Shown here piece by piece: positions 20,145-30,172 of a stretch of 64,000 bases of DNA. The position numbers and the translations under genes are program-made. Source of the DNA: a virus; IMG/VR virus record IMGVR_UViG_3300021425_003021, positions 41,491-105,490 of that record; one strand, written 5' to 3'. The notes below the pieces were generated by a model. The model did not search any database and was not told the DNA's origin. It was given only the letters and a program-made list of their open reading frames with translations. The stretch's first letter is position 1; each line of letters begins with the position of its first letter.

Positions 20145-21235
20145 TGTCTATCGCCTGGATCGGATTAGGAAAACTTGGATTGCCTTGTGCTGAAATTATT
20201 GCAAGCAAAGGAATCGATGTTAATGGATATGATATCAAAAAAAGTAAAACCGAGCGTGTTTTAGGATTTCCTAATCTAGCCGGTGCAGTTTCAACTGCAA
20301 GTATGGTCTTTGTAGCAGTACCTACACCGCATCACTCTGATTATGACGGAAGTATGCCTATCAGTCATTTGCCTCCTAAAGACTTTGATTATGACATATT
20401 GTACGATGTTGTTTTACAATGCGATAGAAATATGACAAAAGGAAAAATACTTGTAATTATTTCTACTGTGTTACCTGGAACTATTAGAAAGCTTAAACAA
20501 AAAGTAAAAAATGCAATTATTGTTTACAATCCTTATCTTATAGCCATGGGTACAGTTGCGCACGATATGGTAAATCCAGAAATGGTTATGATTGGAACAG
20601 AAAATGGAAAAACAACGGCTGAAGCACAAGCGTTGATTGATTTTTATAAAAAAATAATGGAAAACAATCCACGTTACATAGTAGGAACTTGGGAAGAGTG
20701 TGAATGCATTAAAGTTTTTTATAATACATTTATAAGCACAAAACTTGCACTTGTAAATATGATACAAGATGTTGCTGTTAAAAATGGTAATGTAAATGTT
20801 GATGTAGTTACAAAGGCTTTAGCAGATTCTACTCAAAGAATAACAGGTAGTGCCTATATGAAGGCAGGAATGGGCGACGGCGGTCCTTGTCATCCAAGAG
20901 ACAACATTGCTTTGCGTAAGTTATCTCAAGACCTGAATTTAGGGTATGATATATTTGGATGCATTGTTGAAGCTAGAGAAAAACAAGCTGAAAACATGGC
21001 CATAGAAATTTTAAAATATGGAAACAAAGTAAAATTTAGCAGTAACAGCTACAAACCTGATACAGATTTAATCGACGGAAGTTATAGTTTATTAGTGCAA
21101 TATTATGTTAAAAAGCACGGTGGTTGGTTAGTTGATGAAAAACCAACAGTTTATGTTTTAGTGCATCCAGAAGACAAACCAATGGAAAATGTTTACAATT
21201 TTGATCCTTGGCATAATTATGGAAACAACAAATGA
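20144..21235 (+). CDS. ugd: UDP-glucose/GDP-mannose dehydrogenase family protein
   Basis: GLGKLG Rossmann motif, VFVAVPTP, STVLPGT, KVFYNTF and catalytic GGPCHPRD. Confidence 0.85.
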   Translation: MSIAWIGLGKLGLPCAEIIASKGIDVNGYDIKKSKTERVLGFPNLAGAVSTASMVFVAVPTPHHSDYDGSMPISHLPPKDFDYDILYDVVLQCDRNMTKGKILVIISTVLPGTIRKLKQKVKNAIIVYNPYLIAMGTVAHDMVNPEMVMIGTENGKTTAEAQALIDFYKKIMENNPRYIVGTWEECECIKVFYNTFISTKLALVNMIQDVAVKNGNVNVDVVTKALADSTQRITGSAYMKAGMGDGGPCHPRDNIALRKLSQDLNLGYDIFGCIVEAREKQAENMAIEILKYGNKVKFSSNSYKPDTDLIDGSYSLLVQYYVKKHGGWLVDEKPTVYVLVHPEDKPMENVYNFDPWHNYGNNK

Positions 21236-21666
21236 AAAGTGCATTTATTATTATAGATCCTTGGTTATATTGCGAAAACGAGGATATAAAACATTTTCCT
21301 CAAATACAAAATCAGTGTAATACGTTTGGTCATTACTTGCATTCTATGTTATCCGATATTGAAAAATATGCAGATATTTTTGTAGATGCATCTGATAGAA
21401 AAGTAATGAATTGGTTTAGTCGTTATCCGACCTGTTGTGTTACAGAATTAAATTACAAAAATATATATATTGGTGGATTTCATTTTGGTAGATGTATACA
21501 CAACAAAGCAAAAAAAGTTCTTGACAAAAACGTAGGAATAGTTAATAATTTAAGTATAGTATTTCCTGCAGATAAATTTACCGGTTTTACAAATGAACTT
21601 GCATTGTTCAAAAACTATTATTTTACTCCAGCAGGCGGTTTTGAGAAAATAAAAATTGGGTGTTGA
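21232..21666 (+). CDS. hypothetical protein, weakly cysteine-hydrolase/isochorismatase-like
   Basis: FIIIDPW at the N-terminus and IYIGGFH..RC resemble the isochorismatase Asp/Cys motifs. Confidence 0.35.
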   Translation: MKSAFIIIDPWLYCENEDIKHFPQIQNQCNTFGHYLHSMLSDIEKYADIFVDASDRKVMNWFSRYPTCCVTELNYKNIYIGGFHFGRCIHNKAKKVLDKNVGIVNNLSIVFPADKFTGFTNELALFKNYYFTPAGGFEKIKIGC

Positions 21667-22372
21667 AATATTTTGTATAGGTTGTAGTTTTACAGCTGGT
21701 AGGTATCCTACACAGTTTGATAAGTCTTGGCCAGAATTATTAGCAGAAAAAGTGGAGCATCAGGTCTGGAATCTTGGAATATTTAGTAATAGTATTCACA
21801 ATCAATTAGTGCAATTAAAGCATTATTTGCAAAAAGATCCAAACTTTGTTATTTTGCAATGGACCACGTATCCAAGAATAACTTATGTGAAACATATGCC
21901 AACCTATATGAATAATTTAGATGATTATATTATACAAAAAAGTGACAATTATTTTGAACTAGAAAACACTCCTACATATGGAGAATTTTCTAATCTAGGT
22001 ATTTTAAATCTAAATCCAGGTAAATTAGATTCAATGTCTCCTAAGGACATTTATAGAAGAACATACGAAACACTGTGTACTCAATCGGTAAGTGAATTTC
22101 ACACTTATGGCTTAGATAATTTTTTTAATGGTATATTAAAACAATATGGTAAAAAAATGTTAGTAGACAAAGGTATTCCGCATTTGATTTTTGATTTTAA
22201 AAAACACGATGACGATCCTACAGATACTGGAGTTGATTATTGTATAGAAACAGATATGGAAAATTTTTTAGAATACACAGTAGATGACGGTTACCATTTG
22301 TCCACCAAAGGAAATGAACAAATAGTAAATAAAATGATAATGCCATACATAGAAAGGTTTTTGAATGTATAA
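21656..22372 (+). CDS. SGNH/GDSL-hydrolase-like protein
   Basis: IGCSFTAG (block I), NLG..SNS, and C-terminal DGYHLS..GN (DxxH). Confidence 0.6.
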   Translation: MGVEIFCIGCSFTAGRYPTQFDKSWPELLAEKVEHQVWNLGIFSNSIHNQLVQLKHYLQKDPNFVILQWTTYPRITYVKHMPTYMNNLDDYIIQKSDNYFELENTPTYGEFSNLGILNLNPGKLDSMSPKDIYRRTYETLCTQSVSEFHTYGLDNFFNGILKQYGKKMLVDKGIPHLIFDFKKHDDDPTDTGVDYCIETDMENFLEYTVDDGYHLSTKGNEQIVNKMIMPYIERFLNV

Positions 22373-23450
22373 GTACGAAGATATTAGAGAAGTTCATTTA
22401 GAGGTAACACAACGTTGTCAGGCAGCGTGTCCTATGTGTGATAGAAATATGAACGGCGGAGATGATAATCCTCATTTAACAGATGCAGAAATTACATTAC
22501 AAAAAGCCAAAAAAATATTCAAACCTGATTTTATCAAGCAATTAAAAACTATGTATATGTGTGGCAATCTTGGCGATCCAGTTGTAGCAAGAGATACACT
22601 GGAAATATTTAAGTATTTCCGTGAACACAATCCTACTATGTGGTTAAGTATGAATACAAATGCTGGTGCAAGAGATATGCCTTGGTGGACAGAACTAGCA
22701 CAAGTTTTTGGACGTAATGGTGCCGTTATTTTTAGTGTCGATGGATTAGAAGATACTAATCACTTGTATAGACAAAATGTTCAATGGGACAAAGTTGAAA
22801 CAAATATGAAAGCCTTTATTGCAGCAGGCGGAAGAGCTCGTTGGGATTATATTATATTTGAACACAATGAACATCAGGTTGAAGAAGCAGAAGCACTTGC
22901 AAATGAATGGGGTTGCGAAAAATTTATCAAGAAAAAGACTGGTCGATTTTACAGTACCAAAAAAATGACAGGTAAAGATAAACACCAAGCTATAAACCGT
23001 AAAGGTGAAAAAAAGCAATTGCTTGCAAAACCAAAAGAAACTAAATTTGCAAACAAAGAACTTGATAAACAAAAAACTATTTCAAAACAATACGGTAGTA
23101 TGATGGAATACTACAATAAATGTAAAATCAAGTGTAAAGTAAAAGATGTAGGTAATATCTTTATTACAGCAGAAGGATTGCTGATGCCTTGTTGTTGGAC
23201 TGCTGGACGTATGTACAAGTGGTGGCATTTAGATCCAAAAGTAGAACAAATATGGGATCATATTGATGCTGCTGGCGGTAAGGGCGGTATTAATGTTATT
23301 ATTAATGATCTTAAAAAAGTTATGGAAGGTCCATTACTTTCAGGCATTGAAGACAGTTGGAATGCAAGCACTGTGAAAGAAGGTAAACTTGGAGTTTGTT
23401 CTGAAAAATGTGGTGCTAACTTTGATCCATTTGCAGCTCAATTTTCGTAA
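22365..23450 (+). CDS. radical SAM protein (CG..GDP type, C-terminal Cys domain)
   Basis: CQAACPMC, MCGNLGDP, TNAG, FSVDG. C-terminal C...PCCW...CSEKC. Confidence 0.85.
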   Translation: MYKYEDIREVHLEVTQRCQAACPMCDRNMNGGDDNPHLTDAEITLQKAKKIFKPDFIKQLKTMYMCGNLGDPVVARDTLEIFKYFREHNPTMWLSMNTNAGARDMPWWTELAQVFGRNGAVIFSVDGLEDTNHLYRQNVQWDKVETNMKAFIAAGGRARWDYIIFEHNEHQVEEAEALANEWGCEKFIKKKTGRFYSTKKMTGKDKHQAINRKGEKKQLLAKPKETKFANKELDKQKTISKQYGSMMEYYNKCKIKCKVKDVGNIFITAEGLLMPCCWTAGRMYKWWHLDPKVEQIWDHIDAAGGKGGINVIINDLKKVMEGPLLSGIEDSWNASTVKEGKLGVCSEKCGANFDPFAAQFS

Positions 23451-24655
23451 AGTGATCTAAGTTCTGGAAATGTTTCTATAAAATTTGTGCCTCTAAGAGA
23501 ATCAAATTGTTGTATAGATTTTTTAAATCTTTCTTTTGAATCTAGCACTTTCTGTGTATCCCATTCTACATTTAAAAAGTCTCTTAATTCGTCGGTATTC
23601 CAAGCTATATTTTGGGTACCGTCGCTGGCACCTAACAATATTTCTATATAATTAAGTTGTTCATTGGCTGCTTCTAGTATAGAGATATCTGCTTGTGCCA
23701 TAGGTGCACTAAATGCTAATGGATTTTGCCAAGGAGACAAAGACATATCGCCCTTGTGATTTAAATGCTTTGTATAATAATGGAACATTTCACACAAATT
23801 TAAACAATTAAAAATATTGTAACTTGTATGAATGTTTACTAATATATTTGCATCGGTAATACGATTATAATTTTCCTCCCATTTTTTAGTGACAAGTCCA
23901 TAACGAACATACTCGCCTTTCTTGTTGTGTAAATCATGGCTAAGGCTTATTTCACAATTATCTCCCCAGTACTTTAGATAATCTTCAACTACATCAATAC
24001 CTTTATATTTTTTGATACTGCCGTTTGTGTGTGACCAAATTTTAATTTGTTTTTGTAATTTATGTTTTAATAATATATCAAGTATTTCGTGTACTTCTTC
24101 TTGCATAAATGGTTCGCCGCCATTGAAATGCAGCAATCTAATACTGTCTTTGTATTTCAAAATGTAATCTATTATGTCAGATTTGTTATGCCAATTTTTT
24201 TTGTCAAAATCTCTGTCCCACAATGTATCATACGCAGTGCTATATTTTTCAGCTATTGTACTACTTAATGACGGCTCGCACCCCATACAAGCAAAATTAC
24301 ATTTATTACTAAAAAGTAGATCCAAAAATACAGGAGTTTGTTTGTATAATGTTCCGTCGGGTAACGTATTATCTAAGAAACTTTTATCATCAACAAGTCT
24401 GTTACTAAATTTTCTTACACCAGCAATATTTCCTGTATCTCTTTCAAAATCTGCACAACTAGCACATTCTTTAGGAAATTCATTTGCTAAAAAAGATCGC
24501 CTAATTCTTTTAGCAGTTTCGCTGTTCATTATATTTTCAAAGGTATCTGTGTTGCTGTGACCTATTGGATCATACATTGCACAACAACTGGTTACTTTAT
24601 GATTTGATCCTGTATAAAAAGACACAAATGGCGCGGCACATAGTTTATCACTCAT
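23438..24655 (-). CDS. radical SAM protein with N-terminal twitch-like domain
   Basis: Start set at ATG 24655 (MSDKLCAAPF) by homology with paralogs. SCC, CASC, CNFACMGC, NGGEP, TNG. Confidence 0.85.
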   Translation of the reverse strand: MSDKLCAAPFVSFYTGSNHKVTSCCAMYDPIGHSNTDTFENIMNSETAKRIRRSFLANEFPKECASCADFERDTGNIAGVRKFSNRLVDDKSFLDNTLPDGTLYKQTPVFLDLLFSNKCNFACMGCEPSLSSTIAEKYSTAYDTLWDRDFDKKNWHNKSDIIDYILKYKDSIRLLHFNGGEPFMQEEVHEILDILLKHKLQKQIKIWSHTNGSIKKYKGIDVVEDYLKYWGDNCEISLSHDLHNKKGEYVRYGLVTKKWEENYNRITDANILVNIHTSYNIFNCLNLCEMFHYYTKHLNHKGDMSLSPWQNPLAFSAPMAQADISILEAANEQLNYIEILLGASDGTQNIAWNTDELRDFLNVEWDTQKVLDSKERFKKSIQQFDSLRGTNFIETFPELRSLYEN

Positions 24656-24667
24656 AAATATATTTAT
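24654..24667. promoter_or_regulatory. 14-bp palindrome ATAAATATATTTAT carrying a late-type motif on both strands
   Basis: Perfect palindrome in the 31-nt gap between two divergent radical SAM genes. Confidence 0.55.
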
Positions 24668-24686
24668 AAAATAAAGTGCGTATTTA

Positions 24687-25781
24687 ATGAACTTACGAAA
24701 AGTAGAACTAGAAATAACCAGTGATTGCAATGCTGCTTGCCCGGGATGTGCAAGAACACTGAACAAAGAATTATTACAAATCAAAAGTTTTACGTTGCAA
24801 GATTTGCAACGTATTTTTCCTCCTGCAGATTATAGCGGTATGGAATTTAAATTTTGTGGTGTGTTAGGAGATCCTGCTCTAAATGAAGAATGTGTTGATA
24901 TGGTAGATTATCTCAGCAGTCAGGGAGCATATTGTGAATTAAGTACCAACGGCGGAATACAAAAAGCCGATTGGTGGGAGCGCCTTGGCAAAATAGCATA
25001 TGAAAGACCAGGCTTGGTGTTTATACATTTTTGTGTAGACGGACACGAAGAAACTAATCATATATATAGAGTTAACACCAAGTTTAACATTGTTGCACGT
25101 AATATGCAAGCATTTTCAAACTATGCTCCAACTGGTAGTGCAAGTTGGATTTACATTGTTTTTGATCATAACGAACATGAATTAGAGAAAGCAAAATTAC
25201 ACGCAGAAAGTTTAGGATTTACATTTGCAACACGCACAGGTATGCGTAACAGTTATCATGACTGGGTAGCCAAAATATCTAAAAAAGACAAAGAAATAAA
25301 GAAAGTTGTTGTTGAAGAAAAAACAATTACAACTACAGGTGCAAAAGAACACAGTAAGAAAAAAGACGTAAAAGAATTAGATAAGTTTATAGCACAATAT
25401 AAAGCAAAAAAATCTAACAAAAACTTTGAAACTAAAAAACAAGAAATTTTAAAAACAGTTGTTTGCAAATATATACACGAAGGTGAAATTTTTATAGCAA
25501 GTGACCTAACATTATGGCCTTGTTGTTTTCTTTGGGACAGTGCTTTTAAAAATAAAGAAGGTATAATAGATAAACTAAATCAATTTGAACCTAATTGGAA
25601 TAATTTACGCTATTATACTAAAGAAGAAATACTACAACATAAATGGTACAAAGAGCTGTTGGCTGCTAGTTGGGATCCAGAACACGAATTACACTTTAGT
25701 AGATGTATAAGAACTTGCGCAAAAAACAAAGCATACCACAACGAAATAAACTACGTAGATAATAATATAAGTACAGTATGA
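24687..25781 (+). CDS. radical SAM protein (CG..GDP type)
   Basis: CNAACPGC, FCGVLGDP, STNGG, FCVDG, PCCF, CIRTC. Paralog of 22365..23450. Confidence 0.85.
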   Translation: MNLRKVELEITSDCNAACPGCARTLNKELLQIKSFTLQDLQRIFPPADYSGMEFKFCGVLGDPALNEECVDMVDYLSSQGAYCELSTNGGIQKADWWERLGKIAYERPGLVFIHFCVDGHEETNHIYRVNTKFNIVARNMQAFSNYAPTGSASWIYIVFDHNEHELEKAKLHAESLGFTFATRTGMRNSYHDWVAKISKKDKEIKKVVVEEKTITTTGAKEHSKKKDVKELDKFIAQYKAKKSNKNFETKKQEILKTVVCKYIHEGEIFIASDLTLWPCCFLWDSAFKNKEGIIDKLNQFEPNWNNLRYYTKEEILQHKWYKELLAASWDPEHELHFSRCIRTCAKNKAYHNEINYVDNNISTV

Positions 25782-27181
25782 GTAAAGTAAGTGATACATT
25801 TTGTATTCTTCCTTGGGTACATCTTAGTACAAGACCTGACGGTAGTATGAGAGTTTGTTGTACAGCAAATGCAAGTAGTGTTGGTCCAACTAACGATAAG
25901 GAACACGGAGGACAAGTCGGAATACTTAAAACCGACGATGGCAAACCTAACAATTTAAATGTAACAGATTTTCAAACTGCTTGGAATAGTGAGTATATGA
26001 AAAATGTTCGCAAACAAATGATGAATGGCGAAAAGCCTCCTAGTTGTTTGAAATGTTATAGAGAAGAAGCAGCAGGACATAATAGTAAGCGTATGTGGGA
26101 AACAGCATATTGGAGTGAACGTGTAAATGTTGATGATTTAATTGCTAATACCACAGAAGATGGTGAAGTACCACCACAACTTGCATATATTGACTTGCGT
26201 TTTGGCACAAAATGTCAACTTGCGTGTGTAATGTGCAGCCCGCACGATAGCTCAGGTTGGATTAAAGATTACAAAAAGATTTTTCCTGCTGTTAAAAATG
26301 AGTCTCTTAAAGAAACAATGCAATGGCAAGACAAAGGTAGTACAAATGGCAGCAGTTATAACTGGCATAAACAAAATCCAATCTTTTGGCAACAATTTTA
26401 TGAACAAATGCCAAATATGCAGCAAATTTATTTTGCAGGCGGCGAAAGTCTTATCATTGAAGAACATTATGAAATACTTGAAGAAGCAATACGTCAAGGT
26501 ATTGCAAAAGATCTTGAACTACGTTATAACTCAAATGGAGTTGAATGGAGAGAGGATTTATTTGATCTATGGAAAGAATTCAAACTGGTGCGTTTTCACT
26601 ATTCGGTAGATAGCATACACGAAATGAATGATTATATTCGTTATCCAAGTAAGTGGAAACGTACAGAAGAAGTTTTCCATATATTAGATAAAGAAACAAG
26701 TGTAAACGTTGAAGTAACTGTTGCTTGTGCAGTACAAGCATTAAACATTTATTATTTGCCAGATTTTATCAAATGGAAACTAACACAGAACTTTAACAAA
26801 ATCAATATGTGGCCATTTGGTGCAGGCGGTATAAACTACCACTTTGTATACCATCCACCTCACTTAAATGTAAAAGTGTTACCAACATGGTTCAAAGCAG
26901 AAGTGCGTAAAAAATATGAGGAGTTTTATCCTTGGTGGGAAGCTAACTGGGAAAAGGGTATTCCTGTTTGGTATAAACACGGTAAAAAAGCAGTAACCTA
27001 TGATCAATGGAGAGATGCTGGTTACGGTATAAAACGTTTAGAAGGTATGTTAAACTTTATGGAAAGTGAAGACTGGAGTATACGACTGCCCGAAATGAAA
27101 GAATTTTTAGATTTATGTGACAAACAAAGAGGAGTAAGTTTTGCTGATACTTTCAAAGAAATGGCAAAAATCTTCGAGTAG
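25778..27181 (+). CDS. radical SAM protein with N-terminal twitch-like domain
   Basis: FCILPW...VCC...CLKC, CQLACVMC, AGGES. ATAAGTA lies 4 nt upstream of the ATG. Confidence 0.85.
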   Translation: MSKVSDTFCILPWVHLSTRPDGSMRVCCTANASSVGPTNDKEHGGQVGILKTDDGKPNNLNVTDFQTAWNSEYMKNVRKQMMNGEKPPSCLKCYREEAAGHNSKRMWETAYWSERVNVDDLIANTTEDGEVPPQLAYIDLRFGTKCQLACVMCSPHDSSGWIKDYKKIFPAVKNESLKETMQWQDKGSTNGSSYNWHKQNPIFWQQFYEQMPNMQQIYFAGGESLIIEEHYEILEEAIRQGIAKDLELRYNSNGVEWREDLFDLWKEFKLVRFHYSVDSIHEMNDYIRYPSKWKRTEEVFHILDKETSVNVEVTVACAVQALNIYYLPDFIKWKLTQNFNKINMWPFGAGGINYHFVYHPPHLNVKVLPTWFKAEVRKKYEEFYPWWEANWEKGIPVWYKHGKKAVTYDQWRDAGYGIKRLEGMLNFMESEDWSIRLPEMKEFLDLCDKQRGVSFADTFKEMAKIFE

Positions 27182-27182
27182 A

Positions 27183-28097
27183 TTGTCATATTTAAAAAAG
27201 CTTTATGATAATCGCAAATGGAAAAAATCATTTGCAGATTTACATATGAAAAAAGTTCCGCCTTATACTATTATAAACGGATTACCTATTCACTTTGATC
27301 CTAAATGGAAACGTATAGGAATAAGTTTTAGCGGAGGTGCTGATAGTAGTTTATTATTGTTTTTATTATGTAAATTAATTCAAGACAAGCGTAGCAGTTG
27401 TAAAATATACCCAATTCACTTGATAAGATTTCACGATCAAAAACCTTGGCTAGAATATATGGCAAAAGATGTTTATAACTGGATAGACAACAAATATCCT
27501 AATATTTTGCAAGAAATGCAATGGGGATTTATTCCTCCATTTCTAGAACAGGTAAAACTAAAAAATTTACAACGTCCTGAACTTGACTTAAAACACGATG
27601 CAGATCTAGTAAATTGTGATGTAGTTGTTGTAGGTAGCTTTCTTGAGTATCAATCATCAAAATACAATTTAGATTACATCTATACAGGAAACACTACAAA
27701 TCCTCCAATTGATCATAAAAATGCACCTGCATTTAGACAAAAAGATGTTGTTGCAGATAATTTAGATAAAGTTGTTAATATTGAATATATTAATCCTTTT
27801 GCACTTATTAACAAAGCTTGGATAATGTCACAATACAAAAATTTTGATTTGTTCGATTCGTTGTTACCATTAACTAGAAGTTGCGAGCAAAGAATGCCTG
27901 GATATAAAATGGATAGTTGGAAATTTGGAGACGAGTATCCACAACCTTGCGAAAAATGTTTCTTTTGTAAAGAACGTGAATGGGGATTGCAATATCCTCA
28001 AATGCAGGAATTTTTAGAAATAAACAACAATAATAGTTTTTTAAATTGGAAAGAAATTTTTCCTAAAATGAAAGATATATTCGATGACAGAAAATAG
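27183..28097 (+). CDS. QueC-like PP-loop ATPase
   Basis: GISFSGGADS PP-loop and C-terminal TRSC...CEKCFFCKER Zn-binding motif. The start is uncertain (TTG 27141, TTG 27183 or ATG 27246). Confidence 0.7.
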   Translation: MSYLKKLYDNRKWKKSFADLHMKKVPPYTIINGLPIHFDPKWKRIGISFSGGADSSLLLFLLCKLIQDKRSSCKIYPIHLIRFHDQKPWLEYMAKDVYNWIDNKYPNILQEMQWGFIPPFLEQVKLKNLQRPELDLKHDADLVNCDVVVVGSFLEYQSSKYNLDYIYTGNTTNPPIDHKNAPAFRQKDVVADNLDKVVNIEYINPFALINKAWIMSQYKNFDLFDSLLPLTRSCEQRMPGYKMDSWKFGDEYPQPCEKCFFCKEREWGLQYPQMQEFLEINNNNSFLNWKEIFPKMKDIFDDRK

Positions 28098-29355
28098 TTA
28101 TCCGTGCTATTATGCACTAGGAGGTATAAACCTAAAACAAAAATTTGCTACAAGTTGTCCGCAACAATCGGACAGATTACAATGGATGGCAAAAGGACAC
28201 TTGCCTAGTCAGTACTTTAACAATGAAAATTTTAGACAACATCGTTTGGATCTGTTAAACGGAAACTGGCCAAAAGGTTGTGATATGTGTCAATATGTAG
28301 AAGAACAAAATTCTGGTGTTAGTATGAGGCAAGAAACACCTGCAGACACTTCATACACAGATTTCAAAACAGGTAAAACAAAATTCGAAGGTCTTAAAAC
28401 TATAGAAATACGATTTAGTAATAGTTGTAATATGGCTTGTTTGCATTGTAGTGCAGCGTTTAGTAGTGGTTGGATGACCAAGCTTAAACGTTATGAACCT
28501 GATCAAATTGATAGAGATCATAGATTGATACAACTTACACAAGATATGCATCGCGAAACAGAAGAAGAAGATTTAAGGATTGATCTTAACACTGAAAAAG
28601 CGTTGGAAATAGTAGATGATCTTAATGCAAACTTTCCAAATTTAGAACGTGTAGATTTTGCAGGTGGTGAAGTACTTTATCAAAAACCTTTTTTGCCTAC
28701 TCTTGAAAGACTAGCAGAACATCCTAATGCAAAAAATATGTTTGTAATGTTTCACACTAACTTTAATGCTGATTTTGATCCTATAAAATTAAATGATTGT
28801 TTAGAAAAATTTGGATCAAGTGAAGTAAAAATCAGTATTGATAGTAGTCCTAAAACGTATCAGTACTTTAGAGGAGGAAGTTGGGAAAAATTAGCAGACA
28901 ATATTGCAAAATTTAAGTCAGTAAGAAGTGAAAAAACAAAAATTTGCTTAATTTGTACAACAGGTGTTTATCAAATCATGCAATTTAAAGATATTTTACA
29001 AGGGCTTATAGATTTAGAATGTGATTATATTGATACAAGTATAATTTTTACACCAGACTATTTAAATCCTGCATTAATGATGATAGATTTTAAAGAAGAA
29101 ACTTTAAAAGAATTGAATTCTAGTATTGAATTGTTGATGAAATACTCGAGAGAACGTTCGGATATCTATATGAGTTATCAAAGTGTTAAAAGAATACATC
29201 AATATGTTCTAAATCATAAAGTTTATGACAAAGAGTGGCAATCTTTTAAAGAATATGTGAAAAAAACTGATATGATATGGAAGCAAGAATTCAACGATCA
29301 CTTTACAAATTATAAATTTGACAAAGAAAATAACAGGATATATAGAAATGTTTAA
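28084..29355 (+). CDS. radical SAM protein with N-terminal twitch-like domain
   Basis: PCYY...TSC...CDMC, CNMACLHC, AGGEV. Confidence 0.85.
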   Translation: MTENSYPCYYALGGINLKQKFATSCPQQSDRLQWMAKGHLPSQYFNNENFRQHRLDLLNGNWPKGCDMCQYVEEQNSGVSMRQETPADTSYTDFKTGKTKFEGLKTIEIRFSNSCNMACLHCSAAFSSGWMTKLKRYEPDQIDRDHRLIQLTQDMHRETEEEDLRIDLNTEKALEIVDDLNANFPNLERVDFAGGEVLYQKPFLPTLERLAEHPNAKNMFVMFHTNFNADFDPIKLNDCLEKFGSSEVKISIDSSPKTYQYFRGGSWEKLADNIAKFKSVRSEKTKICLICTTGVYQIMQFKDILQGLIDLECDYIDTSIIFTPDYLNPALMMIDFKEETLKELNSSIELLMKYSRERSDIYMSYQSVKRIHQYVLNHKVYDKEWQSFKEYVKKTDMIWKQEFNDHFTNYKFDKENNRIYRNV

Positions 29356-30172
29356 GTCTAGCAACAATTTATACAAAAAATTAGGTGAAGAATTTATTTT
29401 AACAACTATTAGTCACCTTGATATACCTTTTAGTAAAAAATGGAAAAGAATTGGAATTAATTTAAGTGGCGGTGCTGACAGTGCATTACTTGCTTTTTTG
29501 TTAGGAAAAATTATTACTGATAATAATTTAGATTGCAAAATAGATGTAATCACATATCAACGTTGTTGGGAAACAAGACCTTGGCAAGGTTGGTGGAGTT
29601 TGCAGGTTTTCAATAAGTTAAAAAGTTTTTATCCTGATGTTATTGAAAATAGACACACAACATTTATACCTCCTGCATTAGAACACGGTGTAAGCGGTCC
29701 TATTATAGATGGACGCAGTGGAGATCAGATTATAGTTGGCGATTTTAACAAATTTGCCAGTTGGGAATACAATTTAGATGCAGTGTTCAATGCTACAAGT
29801 AAAAATCCTGATGATTCACGTGAGGATAGAATGAAAAACAGAGATGGGGATGCTGAAGATGCAAATACTTGGGATGTTTTATGGTATAGTGGAAAATTAA
29901 AAAGTCATTTTTGCCATCCTTTTAGGTTTGTTAAAAAAGATTGGATAGTAGCTCAATATCATCTTTACAATATCACAGATCTGTATTATACTACACGTAG
30001 CTGTGAAGGAGATATCAATCATAACCAAGCTGTATCTGATGTTGTGAAAGACTTCACAAAATACACTCCTGGTATGGATGTACCTGTTTGTAATGAATGT
30101 TGGTGGTGTAGTGAAAGAAAATGGGCCGAAGACAGAGTCCCTGAAATGATAAAGGAAATAAATGAGTTTTGA
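29348..30172 (+). CDS. QueC-like PP-loop ATPase
   Basis: GINLSGGADS and TRSC...CNECWWCSER. ATG 29348 preferred over TTG 29318. Confidence 0.7.
   Translation: MFKSSNNLYKKLGEEFILTTISHLDIPFSKKWKRIGINLSGGADSALLAFLLGKIITDNNLDCKIDVITYQRCWETRPWQGWWSLQVFNKLKSFYPDVIENRHTTFIPPALEHGVSGPIIDGRSGDQIIVGDFNKFASWEYNLDAVFNATSKNPDDSREDRMKNRDGDAEDANTWDVLWYSGKLKSHFCHPFRFVKKDWIVAQYHLYNITDLYYTTRSCEGDINHNQAVSDVVKDFTKYTPGMDVPVCNECWWCSERKWAEDRVPEMIKEINEF

Noticed and set aside
24656-24784. N-terminal extension of the 448-aa minus-strand ORF
   Set aside because: It overlaps the divergent gene head-to-head. Homology with paralogs starts at MSDKLC (ATG 24655).
21521-29346. Other TTGACA hexamers inside genes (e.g. 21521, 29318) as promoters
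   Set aside because: There is no good -10 box at a 17-nt spacing. They are likely chance matches in AT-rich coding DNA.
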